A model generated the notes under the pieces. That model was not told where the DNA came from. It saw nothing but the letters and a program-made list of their open reading frames with translations, and did not search any database. The position numbers and the translations under genes are program-made. Positions 53,614-64,000 of a stretch of 64,000 bases of DNA are shown here, one piece after another. This DNA is from Dudresnaya verticillata (Eukaryota), in NCBI GenBank assembly GCA_977862235.1, contig OZ374563.1, positions 682,001-746,000 on the forward strand. The letters run 5' to 3'. Position 1 is the stretch's first letter, and each line of letters begins with the position of its first letter.

Positions 53614-54630
53614 ATGGCCCTGCAAGGCGCCGGCGACCCGCGCTGGGTCGTGCGCGAGCGGCAAGACGGCCGCAACGTCAACAGCTGGCACTGGGAGGAC
53701 AAGGACGTCTCCTCATGGGCGCAGACACGCATCCGTCAGCTGCTGACCTCGGAAGTGTGCACAGCGTCTGCGGGCGACGTGGCGGTCGCAGTGGAGAACG
53801 TTGACGGCGTGGACGGCGACGCCACGCTGTACAATCGAAAGGGCGTGCTCAAGGTGCTGTACGACCTCAAGATCTCCGGCAAGTGGAGCACGTCACACGT
53901 CGACAAGGACGCTCGCACGACTGGCGAGTATAAGTTTGAGCTGTTCGACGAGGAGCCAGATGTGTTGGTGATGCTGGACATCAAGTCCAAGGCCGAGCAT
54001 CGCTTCAAGGTGCTCTTTGCGGACAAGGTGGCCCCGTTGATCCGCTCGCAGTGCCAAATTTTCATCCGCGAGATGCACGCCGGGGCGGGGCAGGCGCTGG
54101 ACGGCGTGTCGGTGCCCGAGAAGAAGGAAAACTTGTCGGAGACCAAAGTGACAGACTATTTGCGTTCTGGGATGGATCAGGCTGCCAAACCAGTGAAGAA
54201 GGCGTCGGTGGTGGGGGGCGCGTCGCTGGAACTGAGAGATGTGTTCACGTGCAGCGCACAGGACATGTTTCTGGGGCTGACGGACCGGGCTCGGCTGGAG
54301 GCGATCACTCGGGCACGGGCGCTGTCGGAGGCAAAGGTGGGCGGGCGGTTCAACCTGTTGAACGGGGCGGCGCGCGGGAGCTACACGGCGCTGGTGGGCG
54401 GGAAGCAAGTGGGGATGACGTGGAAGTTGAAGACTTGGGGTGACGAGGCGGGCGAGGCGGAGGTGGACGTGGGTTTGAGCGAGGAGGAGCAAGGACGAAC
54501 GACGGTGGTGGTGCGGATCCGTGGGGTGCCCGCTGAGCACAAGTCAGCTACAGAGGGGTTTTGGCGGGTGCAGATTTTCCAGGCGATGAAAGTTGTGATG
54601 GGATGGGGCAGCGCGGCGCAATTTTTGTAG
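53614..54630 (+). CDS. AHA1: Activator of HSP90 ATPase
   Basis: GDPRWVVRERQDGRNVNSWHWEDKD, NRKG and a C-terminal AHSA1/START-like domain. Confidence 0.95.
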   Translation: MALQGAGDPRWVVRERQDGRNVNSWHWEDKDVSSWAQTRIRQLLTSEVCTASAGDVAVAVENVDGVDGDATLYNRKGVLKVLYDLKISGKWSTSHVDKDARTTGEYKFELFDEEPDVLVMLDIKSKAEHRFKVLFADKVAPLIRSQCQIFIREMHAGAGQALDGVSVPEKKENLSETKVTDYLRSGMDQAAKPVKKASVVGGASLELRDVFTCSAQDMFLGLTDRARLEAITRARALSEAKVGGRFNLLNGAARGSYTALVGGKQVGMTWKLKTWGDEAGEAEVDVGLSEEEQGRTTVVVRIRGVPAEHKSATEGFWRVQIFQAMKVVMGWGSAAQFL

Positions 54631-55163
54631 AGCAGTGTGATTGTGATGTGATTTGGAGATGTGTGTAATTGTACGTGTCAGAGCAGATTGGGAAGAGGCT
54701 GCCTGCGGCGGCGGCGGGGGGGAATGGGACCTGTAGAAATTCGGGGATGTTGGGTGACGACTGTGTCAGGACAGGTTTTTTTTTGTTTTTGTTTTTTGGT
54801 TTGTTTGTTTGTTCACATTCGTTTTGACTTGGATGCGGTGGTCCGGTGAGGAGGCGGGAAGCTGACCTGACTGCGCTGGCAGGTTGAGATGGAACGATTG
54901 ACATTAGACATACAATGAACGATGATGAAGTGGTTGGGAAGGAAAGGGAGGATTGAGTTGGAGGACAAGGATAGATACAAAAGCTAAAGCGACGGGAAGG
55001 AGGACAATATAAGACATAGAAATGAATGTTGCGAGCGAGCACAGGGCGTGGGGGGGGTGGGTGTCTTTACATTGTTACAAGTTCTGCAGTGAGCGGGGTA
55101 GGTATGTGCGGGGGTAAGGTAGTTGTTACTTGGTCAGTTGGTCGGGGGTGGGGCAAGTCAGGT

Positions 55164-55496
55164 TTAGAGCTGCGAGTACTTCCACTTGGAGCCGGGCACA
55201 GGCTCTCCCGACGCGATGTCGAAGCCCCAGTTGTCGCGGAAGCGGTCGCGGTTCTCGCGGTTGACCTTCTCGGTGAGCTGGCGGATCTCCCTGTCCGAGC
55301 GCGCGGGGCGGTCGTCGTGCGGCGCGGCGCCCAGCTTGAGCGGCTTGACGGCGGCGCCGCGCGACCTGCGCGCCGACGCGGACGACGCCGCGGACGCCGA
55401 CGACGCCGACGCCGACGCCGACGCCGACGACGCGCGCGGGCGCGCAGAGCCGGACGGGCGCGACGGCTTGTCGTGCAGCGAGAGCGCGGCGGTCAT
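55164..55496 (-). CDS. Kip/ICK-KRP-type CDK inhibitor (110 aa)
   Basis: C-terminal CDI motif EIRQL...NRDRFRDNWGFDIASGEPVPGSKWKY. TATATAAA upstream at ~55648-55655. Confidence 0.8.
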   Translation of the reverse strand: MTAALSLHDKPSRPSGSARPRASSASASASASSASAASSASARRSRGAAVKPLKLGAAPHDDRPARSDREIRQLTEKVNRENRDRFRDNWGFDIASGEPVPGSKWKYSQL

Positions 55497-56223
55497 CGCG
55501 CGGGCGGGCGGGCGGGCGGGCGATGCGGCGAGGCGGCGATGCGGCGGGGAAGCGTGTGCACGGCGGGCGGGCGCGGAGGGCGAGAAGGACAGGGCGCACG
55601 GCTCACGACTGGGGCTCGAGCCGATTGGCGCGAAGCGGCGCTGCCGTTTTATATATGCGCGGCGGCGGGCGCGGCGGTGTGACCAGGCGGCGGCGGCGGC
55701 GGCGGCGGCGGCGCGGCGCGGCGCGCGCGTGCTGCGCGAGCGAGAAGGGGCAGAGTGCGAGGGAGACGCGCGGCGGGCAACACAACACGCACGCGCACGC
55801 GCACGCGCGGCGAGGGAGCGGGTTTTTGAGGGCGACAGCGCGGGCGGCACGGGGCGTGCTCAGGCGCGGTGTGTGTGACAGTGGTGCTGCGCTGTGCGGT
55901 TGGATGAGCGAGCGGCGCGCGGAAACGGGCGGGAAAGCACGGAAAAGGCGCGCGTGCGTTTTCAGCGGAAAAGGCGCGCGGCGGAGGCGTTACACGGGGC
56001 GTGTGAGCTGCTTACCTCTCGGCTTTGCTCACACGCAAAACGTGCGCTTTCTTCGAGATCGACCGCGCTCCACGCGCTTGTATTTTGCGGCGCGCGCATT
56101 CTCCGTCGCGCGCGCGCACGGGATCGATTGTTGTACAATTGCGTCGACGGATTGGTACAATACCGCAATACCGCGGCGCCGACAACAAAAACGCGCGCGT
56201 GATTGATTCACCGGCAGAGAGCA

Positions 56224-56224
<1 letters not shown>

Positions 56225-56255
<31 letters not shown>
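56225..56255. repeat. (AG)n microsatellite
   Basis: About 15 AG units. Confidence 0.95.
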
Positions 56256-56256
<1 letters not shown>

Positions 56257-56566
56257 ACTTGCTATCTACCAGTGTGCGCATACGGGCTGCTGCGAGAGCA
56301 ATGTGTTTGCTGTGCGTGCGCGCGGCAGGAAGGACCAGACGCGCAGCAGCTGTACAGTAGTAGTGAAGGCTACATTGCAGAGCCGCGCGCGCACGTTGCG
56401 CCGTTCCCGCTCTACACGCACGCACGGAGAAGACAAGGACACGCACGCACACATCACGATCACTTCGTGTCTGTCCGTGGCGGTGTGTCTGCGCAGTAGT
56501 GTCCCGCGCCGTCCCGTGCCGGCTCGGCCAGGTGGCCTCCAGGCGGGCCGTTCCAGCGCGGACCGA

Positions 56567-56747
56567 GGTTGCGGTTGCGGTTGCGGTTGCGGTTTCGGTT
56601 GCGGTTTCGGTTGCGCGCGGTTGCGGTTGCGCTTGGGGTTGCGCTTGCACTTGCGCTTGCACTTGCGCTTGCACTTGCGCTTGCGCTTACGCTTGCGCTT
56701 GCAGCGCTTGCGCTTGTGCTTGTGCTTGTGCTTGTGCTTGTGCTTGC
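56567..56747. repeat. Compound hexamer array (GGTTGC to GCTTGC/ACTTGC to GCTTGT)
   Basis: About 30 hexamer units in register with a graded change in sequence. Confidence 0.95.
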
Positions 56748-58502
56748 CGTCCCCGTCCAACCGCGTGCACCACGACATGGCGTGGGAGGAGCACCGAGAA
56801 CATCTGTCGGACGCTATCTTTACGAGGCGCACGGGTGGTGCATGTCACCCGTTGTGCGCGAGGCTCTGTCGCTGCCGCGGACAAGTCCTGTCGTCATCGC
56901 GCGGCGGTGGTGCCTTTTTTCCTACTTTCTGCCACCTCGAGTGGAAGCGTGCGGTGCTGCCGGCAGCAGAAAAGCAATTGTGCGCGCGCCCCTCCTGCTG
57001 AACGGCGGCGGCGACAGCACCGGCTCCGACTGACGTAAGATGTGGCCGGACAGGTCGTGCCGTCACGACGAGGCTTTTGTCTCGCCGCCGCCCGCGAATG
57101 CAACGAAAGAATAATAGGAAGACACACCTCAGGCGCGCCCGCAGTGGTCGCCTCGGTAGCTCCGCCCGAGCGGCGCACCACCCACGACCTGTTGCTGTAA
57201 TGCCCATCAAATGCAAACGTCGTCAACACACACACACACTCCGCCCGCATTTTTCGCAGGTGATACCTTCGAACGCACTTTGGCGCCGCGTCATTTTTAT
57301 ATCACAAGGCGCGAAGCAACAAGGCCGGCGACGAACACACACAGAGCGCGTTTCAGCGGTGCACAGGAGGCGCGCGTTGGCGCGCCACCGGCGGCCGCCC
57401 GCGCAACTCCCGAACAAGCCGAAAAAGCGCCGCCTGCCGTTACCCGCGCGCCCGAAAAAGGCACGCGCCGCGCTTCCCGCCTTTTCCGACGGCCGCGCCG
57501 CGCGCGCTTCCCGCCAAACCCGCGCTCGCTCCACACACCCGGCGCTGCACGCGGCGCTGCACCCGGCCGACAAGTGCACCGGCACCCGCACCCGCACCGC
57601 ACGCAACCCCCCGCGCAACTACATATTGTACGCTCTCTCTCCCTCTCTCTCCTCGTCCGCCCACCGCCGCCGCGAACAAACAAACACGCTCACTCCACGT
57701 AGCAACGCGCGCGCCGCCGCCGCGCCGCGCGCAGCGGTCCTCCTTGCACTTGGCCCCCTTTGCTGACTTGCGCGCGAACGCCCTCGAGCAGCGCGGACGC
57801 GACGCGCACAGTCTCCCACGCAGCCATCTCCGCGCGGAGCAAGCGACACGACACTCCACGGCACGCCACGACGCGACTCGCACGCACCCCCACCCCCCGC
57901 GCCTGTTTCCCGGGCGGACAGCCGCGCGCTCCACCAACGCCGCCACAGACACAGACACACACACAGACACAGGGCCACCACTTGACACCACCGCGCGCCA
58001 CGCGCAGCGTGCTGTTATCACAACTGTACCACGTCGCCGCGTCGGCGCTCGCCCGCGCGCCGCGAGGCCGACCGACACGCCGCGTCCGTCCCCGCTCTCT
58101 CTTTCTTCTCTCTCCTTCACTCCTTCCACTGCGCGCGCGCAGAGAGGGACGCCGCAGCAGCAGCACTCGCTCGCTCTCACGAAAACTATCTACTGTCGCC
58201 GCAACCACGCTCGCTCACTGCCCAATGGAAGCCCTGCGCGCCGGCACACACACACACTGCACATGGACTGCACACACATGCACGCACTGCACCTCACTGT
58301 TTTCCCTGCGCGTTTGCAAGCGCGCGGAACCGCCGCCGCAGCGTCGGCCGACCCTTCCGGCTTGAAGCGCGAGTGAGTGACACCGCCAAGCGCGCCCGTC
58401 TCGCCGCGCTGCCGGAGTGGTGCATGCGCGCGCGCACACACACACACACAAAACCGTACGTACGGTAAAGATAGCGTCGTGCGTGCAGTGCGTAGCTTGC
58501 GG

Positions 58503-58556
58503 CGCCAAACATCGCAAGAGCTACCGCCGCCAAACATCGCAAGAGCTGCCGCCGCG
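58503..58556. repeat. ~25-bp tandem duplication
   Basis: CGCCAAACATCGCAAGAGCT(A/G)CCGC occurs twice. Confidence 0.9.
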
Positions 58557-61004
58557 TATCCGCATCCGTCGCATCTGCGTCCCCTTGCTGCGCGCGCCTT
58601 GCGTACGGACGGTGCGCCGCGCCGCGCGCGTACCGAACGCGGTGTCAGTGAGCGTGCTGCGTGCGCGCGGACAAAAGGCACACGGCCCGGTAGGCAGGCT
58701 GCGCGCTATGCGCTATCTCCAGTTGCAGCTCGGCGCCGCGGTACAATCGCGCGGAAACGTTATTGCAGCGCGTGCTTTGAGCAGCCTTTAAAACCGTACC
58801 GACAAAAAGTATCGAAAACACGCTTGATCCACACTTTGATAACTCCACCGCTTGTTTGTTGAGGCCCTTGCACACAGCGCCTGCTACTTTGGTATCGCGG
58901 GGGCCGTGCTGCTGCCCTTGTACCGTTGCCTTCCTCCTGGTGCAGGAGACCTTTCGAGCCTACTTGCAAAATCCGCCTGTCCGTTTATGCTATGTGCCCT
59001 ATGTAGGGTACTACCGTGGTCTGCCTTGACCTGTCTGTAACAGTCTCCACTCAAACCGATACCATATCTCCACTCCCTCAGTCTGGGTGCCGCTCAAGCA
59101 ACACCGTCCAAAGCCGGTGCACCTCGCCGTCAAAACCAACCAGGTGCCCATGCCGTTGACAGCCGTGACAAACAAATAAAGACACCAGCCGAGCAACACT
59201 AAACCTTAAAATAGCTGCCCCATGTCCCTTCATAGACTTTCAGTGCAGTTTCATTCACCTCATCTCCCAGACAAGCCGAGTGGTCACAGTCTGGTGTATT
59301 CTTGTTACCATGTCTTCCCCTTTCTGGCAGCATCCCGCTGCGTCAGGAATAGATTTTTGACTGCAACAGCAGCCATCTCACCAGCGTATTTATTTTAAAA
59401 GAAGGCGCAGCCGTCCATACTGATGACGTTACCCGAGCCTGCGCTCATGTTACAGGCCTCTATCTCTCGTCGGGGGTACTGAGTGGTCTCTCGCCGTCAA
59501 CGCTAGCTCTCGGCCGAATACAGAACGGCATACAGAAACGCACTTTCAGTATGTTCGCTTTACATTGGTCTATTCTAGGATTTTATTTTGTTTGTAAGAT
59601 CGATTGACGCAGCGTCTCAAGTCATTAAGCGCAATATTAGATTCACCAAAAAGCCTGTCTGCAACATCAACCTCGCAGGTTCTGCATCCTTCCCATATGC
59701 AGCAAAACATCACCGCAACCCTTAGGATAGCAGAATGCTCAGAGTGAAACGCTATCACCTACACCGTAGGGTGCCAAAAAGAGAAGGAGCCCCGCCCTGA
59801 CGAAACAGAAACGATTTGACATGATTGTATTTCCTTTTCCTTTTCATACATACCGTACCACTTCTCCGTCACCATTTATCAACGTGCACGAATGTGCGCA
59901 TCCATCATACATGTGCTACCTCCAGGACAAAGATGCCAGCTTTTCTTGCTGACCCGGTCGTCCAATGAGTAAGGACAGAGAATTTTTTCACGATCTCGAC
60001 TAAGGTCACACAGGTCGTCGAGTGAATCTTTTGGATATCTACGGTAGCATTGGACGAGGTATTGCAGCAGCAGTTGGAGCGCGAATGCACACATCCCTTA
60101 ACATATTTTTCTTTCGCCTAAGGGAATTCACTGGCATCATCCTAAACCCTCAGATGGACTCTTCTCAAATGCCCCGGGAAGAACATTCTGCATCTCCGAA
60201 TAGAAGCTGTAGAGCCCAGCAGTGTTACATATCAACCTTCTATGACGATTGCGGGTTGTTTAGCACCGCGATCCCTCTTTAACAGGATTCCGGGCGAAGA
60301 TTTGTTTACGCACTAGCGAAATGGCGCTTGAATAAAGGATTATGGATTGTTACCTAACGGTTGCAGACATGGCAGAGTAGAGAGAGGGATGCTCACCTGG
60401 AAGCATATGAACTGGGAACACAGCAGCTGCGAAAGATGCGCATAAAAGCAGGAATCAGCGAGAACCTCGCATCATTCAGGCACAAGAGGACCGTGGTTTA
60501 GTCTTATTGTAAAGCACTTACAAAACGACTCGCACGGACTCTAAAAATGGTATCACTCTGTCTAGATGAAGAGGCTGGTAGGAATAGCTTCTCGCCCTGT
60601 CCGGTAAGATCAGATCTGCATGCCGAGGAAGAGCCATCTTCTTCTTTGCAAGTCAGCCCGGTGGGCTACAGGGCGGCTACCGTATGCATCTTGTCGCAGA
60701 CAACACTATATTTGTCAATGGACTTGGCTGGCCATTTTCATGGAAGTTTTGGAAATGTTTCCTCTAGTTTCCATCTTTCAACCTCAATTTTCACAATGCT
60801 TTCGTCGCGCATTACAGATCACAGATCGCAACTGTCAGCCACCTCGCGGGTTCTCCACACTCGAAACGTGCGCTGCCGATGGCCATTCTCCCGAAGCCCA
60901 TTCTAGAGTCCGAGCGCCAGCATATTCTCAACAGTCCTTCCTGCGTCTCTATCTTGTTGTTCTTTTTGGGACTAGGGCGATAGGCCGCCTTCTTCTTCTT
61001 CGCA

Positions 61005-62582
61005 ATGGCGGCAAGATCCCTTTTGGGACGCATTGGGAGGGAAGCCCTTGCGTCGACCACTGTCAATAGCGGAGAGGGCTATGCGATCCGAGCCGTTGGC
61101 GCCTTGACGTCAAAGCCATACGCCTTCAAGACGCGCAGTTGGGAGCTCAAGTCCACTGAATCGATCGACATTTTCGATGGCGTTGGCTCTAATATCCGGA
61201 TTGACACTCGAGGCTCCGAGATCATGCGCGTGCTCCCTCGACTCAATGAACATGTCAACGAGGAATGGATCTCGGACAAGTCTCGATTTTCGTACGATGG
61301 ACTTAAGCGCCAGCGATTGAGCACTCCCATGGTGCGCAATGCTGAGGGGCAACTTCTCCCCGTTCAATGGGATCGTGCCCGTGCCGTAGTCAAGAATGCT
61401 CTCATCAACCTGCAGCTCGACAATCCGGATGGATTCGAGTCCCATGCCGTGATCGGACCCTACGTGGATATTAACTCTGCGCTTGAGCTTCGCAACCAGT
61501 TTTATCGCTGGTTCCCCACCGGCCAGATTCACGTACAGGAGAAACCTCGCAACATTCCTACCGACTTCCGCCATTCGTACACGCTCAATACGCCATTGCC
61601 CATGCTGGAGGAAGCCGATGTCGCTCTTCTTGTTGGCTCCGATCCACGAAAGGAGGCCCCACTACTGAATGCTCGGCTGCGAAAGGGGGCTCTTCACCGC
61701 GGCTTAACTGTGGCTTCTGTTGGTAGCCCAGTGAACCTGACGTACCCTGTGAAGCAGCTCGGGAACACGCTTAAGACTCTTGCTGCTATAGCAGATGGGT
61801 CCCACCCGTTCGCAAAGACGCTTGCTGACGCAGACAGACCTGTTGTAATTGTGAGTAACCGAGCGTTGCAGCGTGAAGACGGGCCAGTAGCATTCATGTT
61901 CGTCGAGGACATCATTCGTAACAGTGGAGCCGTGTATGAGGGATGGGATGGTCTTTGCGTGCTGCACCAGGGCGCGAACACTGTTGGCAATTTGGATATT
62001 GGGTTCGAGGACAAGTATGCCGGTTTGCGGGCATTGGATGCTGGGACGTGGGCGCGTACCAAGGTGCTCTTCCTGATGGGTGCAGATGACATCGACAATA
62101 TTGATGTGCCAGATGACTGCTTCGTTGTCTATCAAGGGCACCATGGTGACCGCGGTGCGTCTATTGCGAACGTGGTGCTCCCGGGCGCTGCGTACACCGA
62201 GAAGGATTCAACATACGTCAACACTGAGGGAAGGGTGCAGGCTTCCAAGCTGGCGTTCTTCCCGCCTGGTCTGGCACGGGACGACTCGCATGTTCTTCGT
62301 GACCTACTCGGCGCTGACGAAGATTTGGAGAGTGTGGCGCGTGAGCTGCGATCGCCGACTCTTGAGATTCTCGCGCCTCATTTGCTTCAACAAAACTCTT
62401 TGCAAGCGGCAGACCGCATTCTTGGGACTGACTCGGTGCTTCCGATACGGGAGACTGAGTTCTCCGCCACCCCGCTCCAACCGCCTGTGGACAACTTTTA
62501 CATGACTGACCCGATTACCCGTAGCTCGAAGACGATGGCAAAATGCACACGAGTGCGCAATACGAACAATTTCACGCAGTAG
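61005..62582 (+). CDS. Complex I 75-kDa subunit (Nad11/NDUFS1/NuoG), C-terminal half only
   Basis: VGALTSKPYAF..RSWEL, NEEWISDKSRFSYDGL, YQGHHGDRGA, YVNTEGRVQ and FYMTDPITRSSKTMAKC. No Fe-S Cys motifs, and a short presequence-like N-terminus. Confidence 0.93.
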   Translation: MAARSLLGRIGREALASTTVNSGEGYAIRAVGALTSKPYAFKTRSWELKSTESIDIFDGVGSNIRIDTRGSEIMRVLPRLNEHVNEEWISDKSRFSYDGLKRQRLSTPMVRNAEGQLLPVQWDRARAVVKNALINLQLDNPDGFESHAVIGPYVDINSALELRNQFYRWFPTGQIHVQEKPRNIPTDFRHSYTLNTPLPMLEEADVALLVGSDPRKEAPLLNARLRKGALHRGLTVASVGSPVNLTYPVKQLGNTLKTLAAIADGSHPFAKTLADADRPVVIVSNRALQREDGPVAFMFVEDIIRNSGAVYEGWDGLCVLHQGANTVGNLDIGFEDKYAGLRALDAGTWARTKVLFLMGADDIDNIDVPDDCFVVYQGHHGDRGASIANVVLPGAAYTEKDSTYVNTEGRVQASKLAFFPPGLARDDSHVLRDLLGADEDLESVARELRSPTLEILAPHLLQQNSLQAADRILGTDSVLPIRETEFSATPLQPPVDNFYMTDPITRSSKTMAKCTRVRNTNNFTQ

Positions 62583-63151
62583 ATGGTTGCTGTTTGACGA
62601 TTTTTTGTGACTGAGTTACCTCAGCAACCTGTAAAAGTGTCAGTGTTTCAACGCGTCGTTGGAGCTGCTGAAGCGTAGCAAATCATGACGTGCTCTGAAG
62701 CAGGATTGATATCCGGTTGAGATGGCGACACGGAAGAATATCTCCTTAAACCAACAAAAGTCTATGTCCGAGATTCGATGGGAGAGAGCCTCAGGAAAAT
62801 AAGGCAAGATGCTGAGGTTGAAAGGCGAAGAATCGCCCGGCTGCGTGGTGTGGTTTCTGTGGTGTCGACTGAGCAGGGGAGGCGGATCACGCCGGAACGG
62901 CGTTGCTGATGCACTCTGCGGGTATCTCTAGGGCCAATCAGGTTGCTTTCCTGCCACCGCCAAAGCCTCCCTAGCGTCACTCTGAAAACACCCTTCGAAA
63001 TGTCGAAATGCCTCTCCGAGCGCTGCTATGCTGTGCCCAACCTCCTCGGACTCCTCAACCTCCAGAGCTGGCTGCCGTCGGTTCCACTCGCTCACGAGCT
63101 CATCCGTCTCGCTGCTTCGGCTAGCTACACGACACTCCGGGGTCGCCCGAG

Positions 63152-64000
63152 ATGCAGGCATTCATCTCCCCAGGGGTGTCGGCCTTTAGGGGCTCGCAAC
63201 TCCGGCCATCCGTGACCCGCACCCGACCTGCCCGGCAGGCACGCCCGCGGTCGCGGACCCGCTGCGTTGCCGAGCCTCCGGCATCGCCGGACGATGTTCG
63301 TGCTCTCATCACCTCGAAGGGCAAGGCAGAACAGCAGAAGGGCCTTCTTCTCGTGAAGCGGCTCCCGCCGGCGATTGCCCTCGAGCTGCTACTGCTCTGC
63401 GTGCACACATCAACAAATGAGTTCATTCGCTCCACCGCAGCTATTGCCATCGGCCAAGTCGATTTCTCGGACCCGGCCATCTGCAACAGCGCCGTCGATG
63501 CAATGATCGGCCTGCTCACCACGGACGCGGATTACTCTGTACGGGCCGCTGCCGCCGCTGGCATGGGTTACGTCTCTGGGGCATCTGATGATGTCGTCTC
63601 ACGGCTACTTGAAGCGCTTAGAAGGGCGTTGTTGGAGGATACGGAATGGCAGGTACACTTTAGTTGCCTCGCGTCCTTGGGAAACTTGCATGACCTGCGC
63701 GCCATTCCCGTCCTCATGCCATGGCTTAGTTCGGAGACGGACCTACTCGTACAGGCTTCGGTTGGTGCGCTAGGGGATATTGGAAGCGCGTCAGTGGTCC
63801 CGGACCTGCTCAAGCTGCTGGGATCTAATGACATGATGACACGACAGCGTTTAGCGCAGGCCCTGGGCCAGATTACAGATGCTACGAATGAACCTGCTGT
63901 CATTGATGCCTTGCGTACGTTGAGCAAGGATCAGTCCTTTGCTGTTCGCGATGTAGCCACAGAAGCGCTGTCAGTGCTTGGGTGTGCAGACCCTGCAAGG
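63152..64000 (+). CDS. NblB/CpcE-F-like PBS-lyase HEAT-repeat protein, plastid-targeted (runs off the window end)
   Basis: Manual translation gives an MQAF transit peptide, DADYSVRAAAAAGMG, EDTEWQVHFSCLASLGNL and TRQRLAQALG. No stop before 64000. Confidence 0.85.
   Translation, partial: MQAFISPGVSAFRGSQLRPSVTRTRPARQARPRSRTRCVAEPPASPDDVRALITSKGKAEQQKGLLLVKRLPPAIALELLLLCVHTSTNEFIRSTAAIAIGQVDFSDPAICNSAVDAMIGLLTTDADYSVRAAAAAGMGYVSGASDDVVSRLLEALRRALLEDTEWQVHFSCLASLGNLHDLRAIPVLMPWLSSETDLLVQASVGALGDIGSASVVPDLLKLLGSNDMMTRQRLAQALGQITDATNEPAVIDALRTLSKDQSFAVRDVATEALSVLGCADPAR

Noticed and set aside
55500..59000. Many overlapping 100-250 aa ORFs
   Set aside because: They occur in all frames with repeat-derived dipeptides and no domain signal.
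38794..62582. Functional clustering of two complex I genes, or of chromatin genes
   Set aside because: They are separated by many unrelated genes, which is compatible with chance in a gene-dense genome.
1..64000. tRNA, rRNA or snRNA genes
   Set aside because: None recognisable by eye. An Infernal or tRNAscan run on the intergenic regions (19-20.4, 37.3-38.7, 47.2-48.8 and 59-61 kb) would be needed to exclude them.

Overview
Eukaryotic nuclear DNA, most consistent with a multicellular (florideophyte-type) red alga. This is an inference from compact genes with few short introns (GTAAGT/GTACGT...CTRAC...AG), red-algal-type plastid transit peptides, a nuclear NblB/phycobilin-lyase HEAT protein and a beta-amylase. 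Bases 1-16.6 kb are a nest of Ty3/gypsy LTR retroelements. The main one is a 12.5-kb chromodomain-bearing element (2302-14848, minus strand, TSD TAGAC) with intact gag and pol, a -1 frameshift site and a tRNA-Tyr-like PBS. It has a normal 859-bp 3' LTR, but its 5' LTR is replaced by an 84-bp fold-back palindrome. It also carries a ~784-codon antisense accessory ORF. The nest also holds an older decayed chromovirus, an 821-bp solo LTR (TSD CTGTG) and a related LTR at the window start. Bases 17-64 kb are gene-dense host DNA: a secreted 8-Cys-motif protein, an E(z)-like SET protein, beta-amylase, a J-protein, a type I membrane protein, HIRA, ELG1/ATAD5, TAF13, NDUFV2, cysteine synthase, a CCT protein, PABN, shikimate kinase, BUD32, head-to-head p23 and AHA1, a KRP-like CDK inhibitor, a stand-alone C-terminal half of Nad11/NDUFS1, an NblB-like protein and two unknown ORFs. 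All protein calls come from motif recognition by eye, not from database searches.
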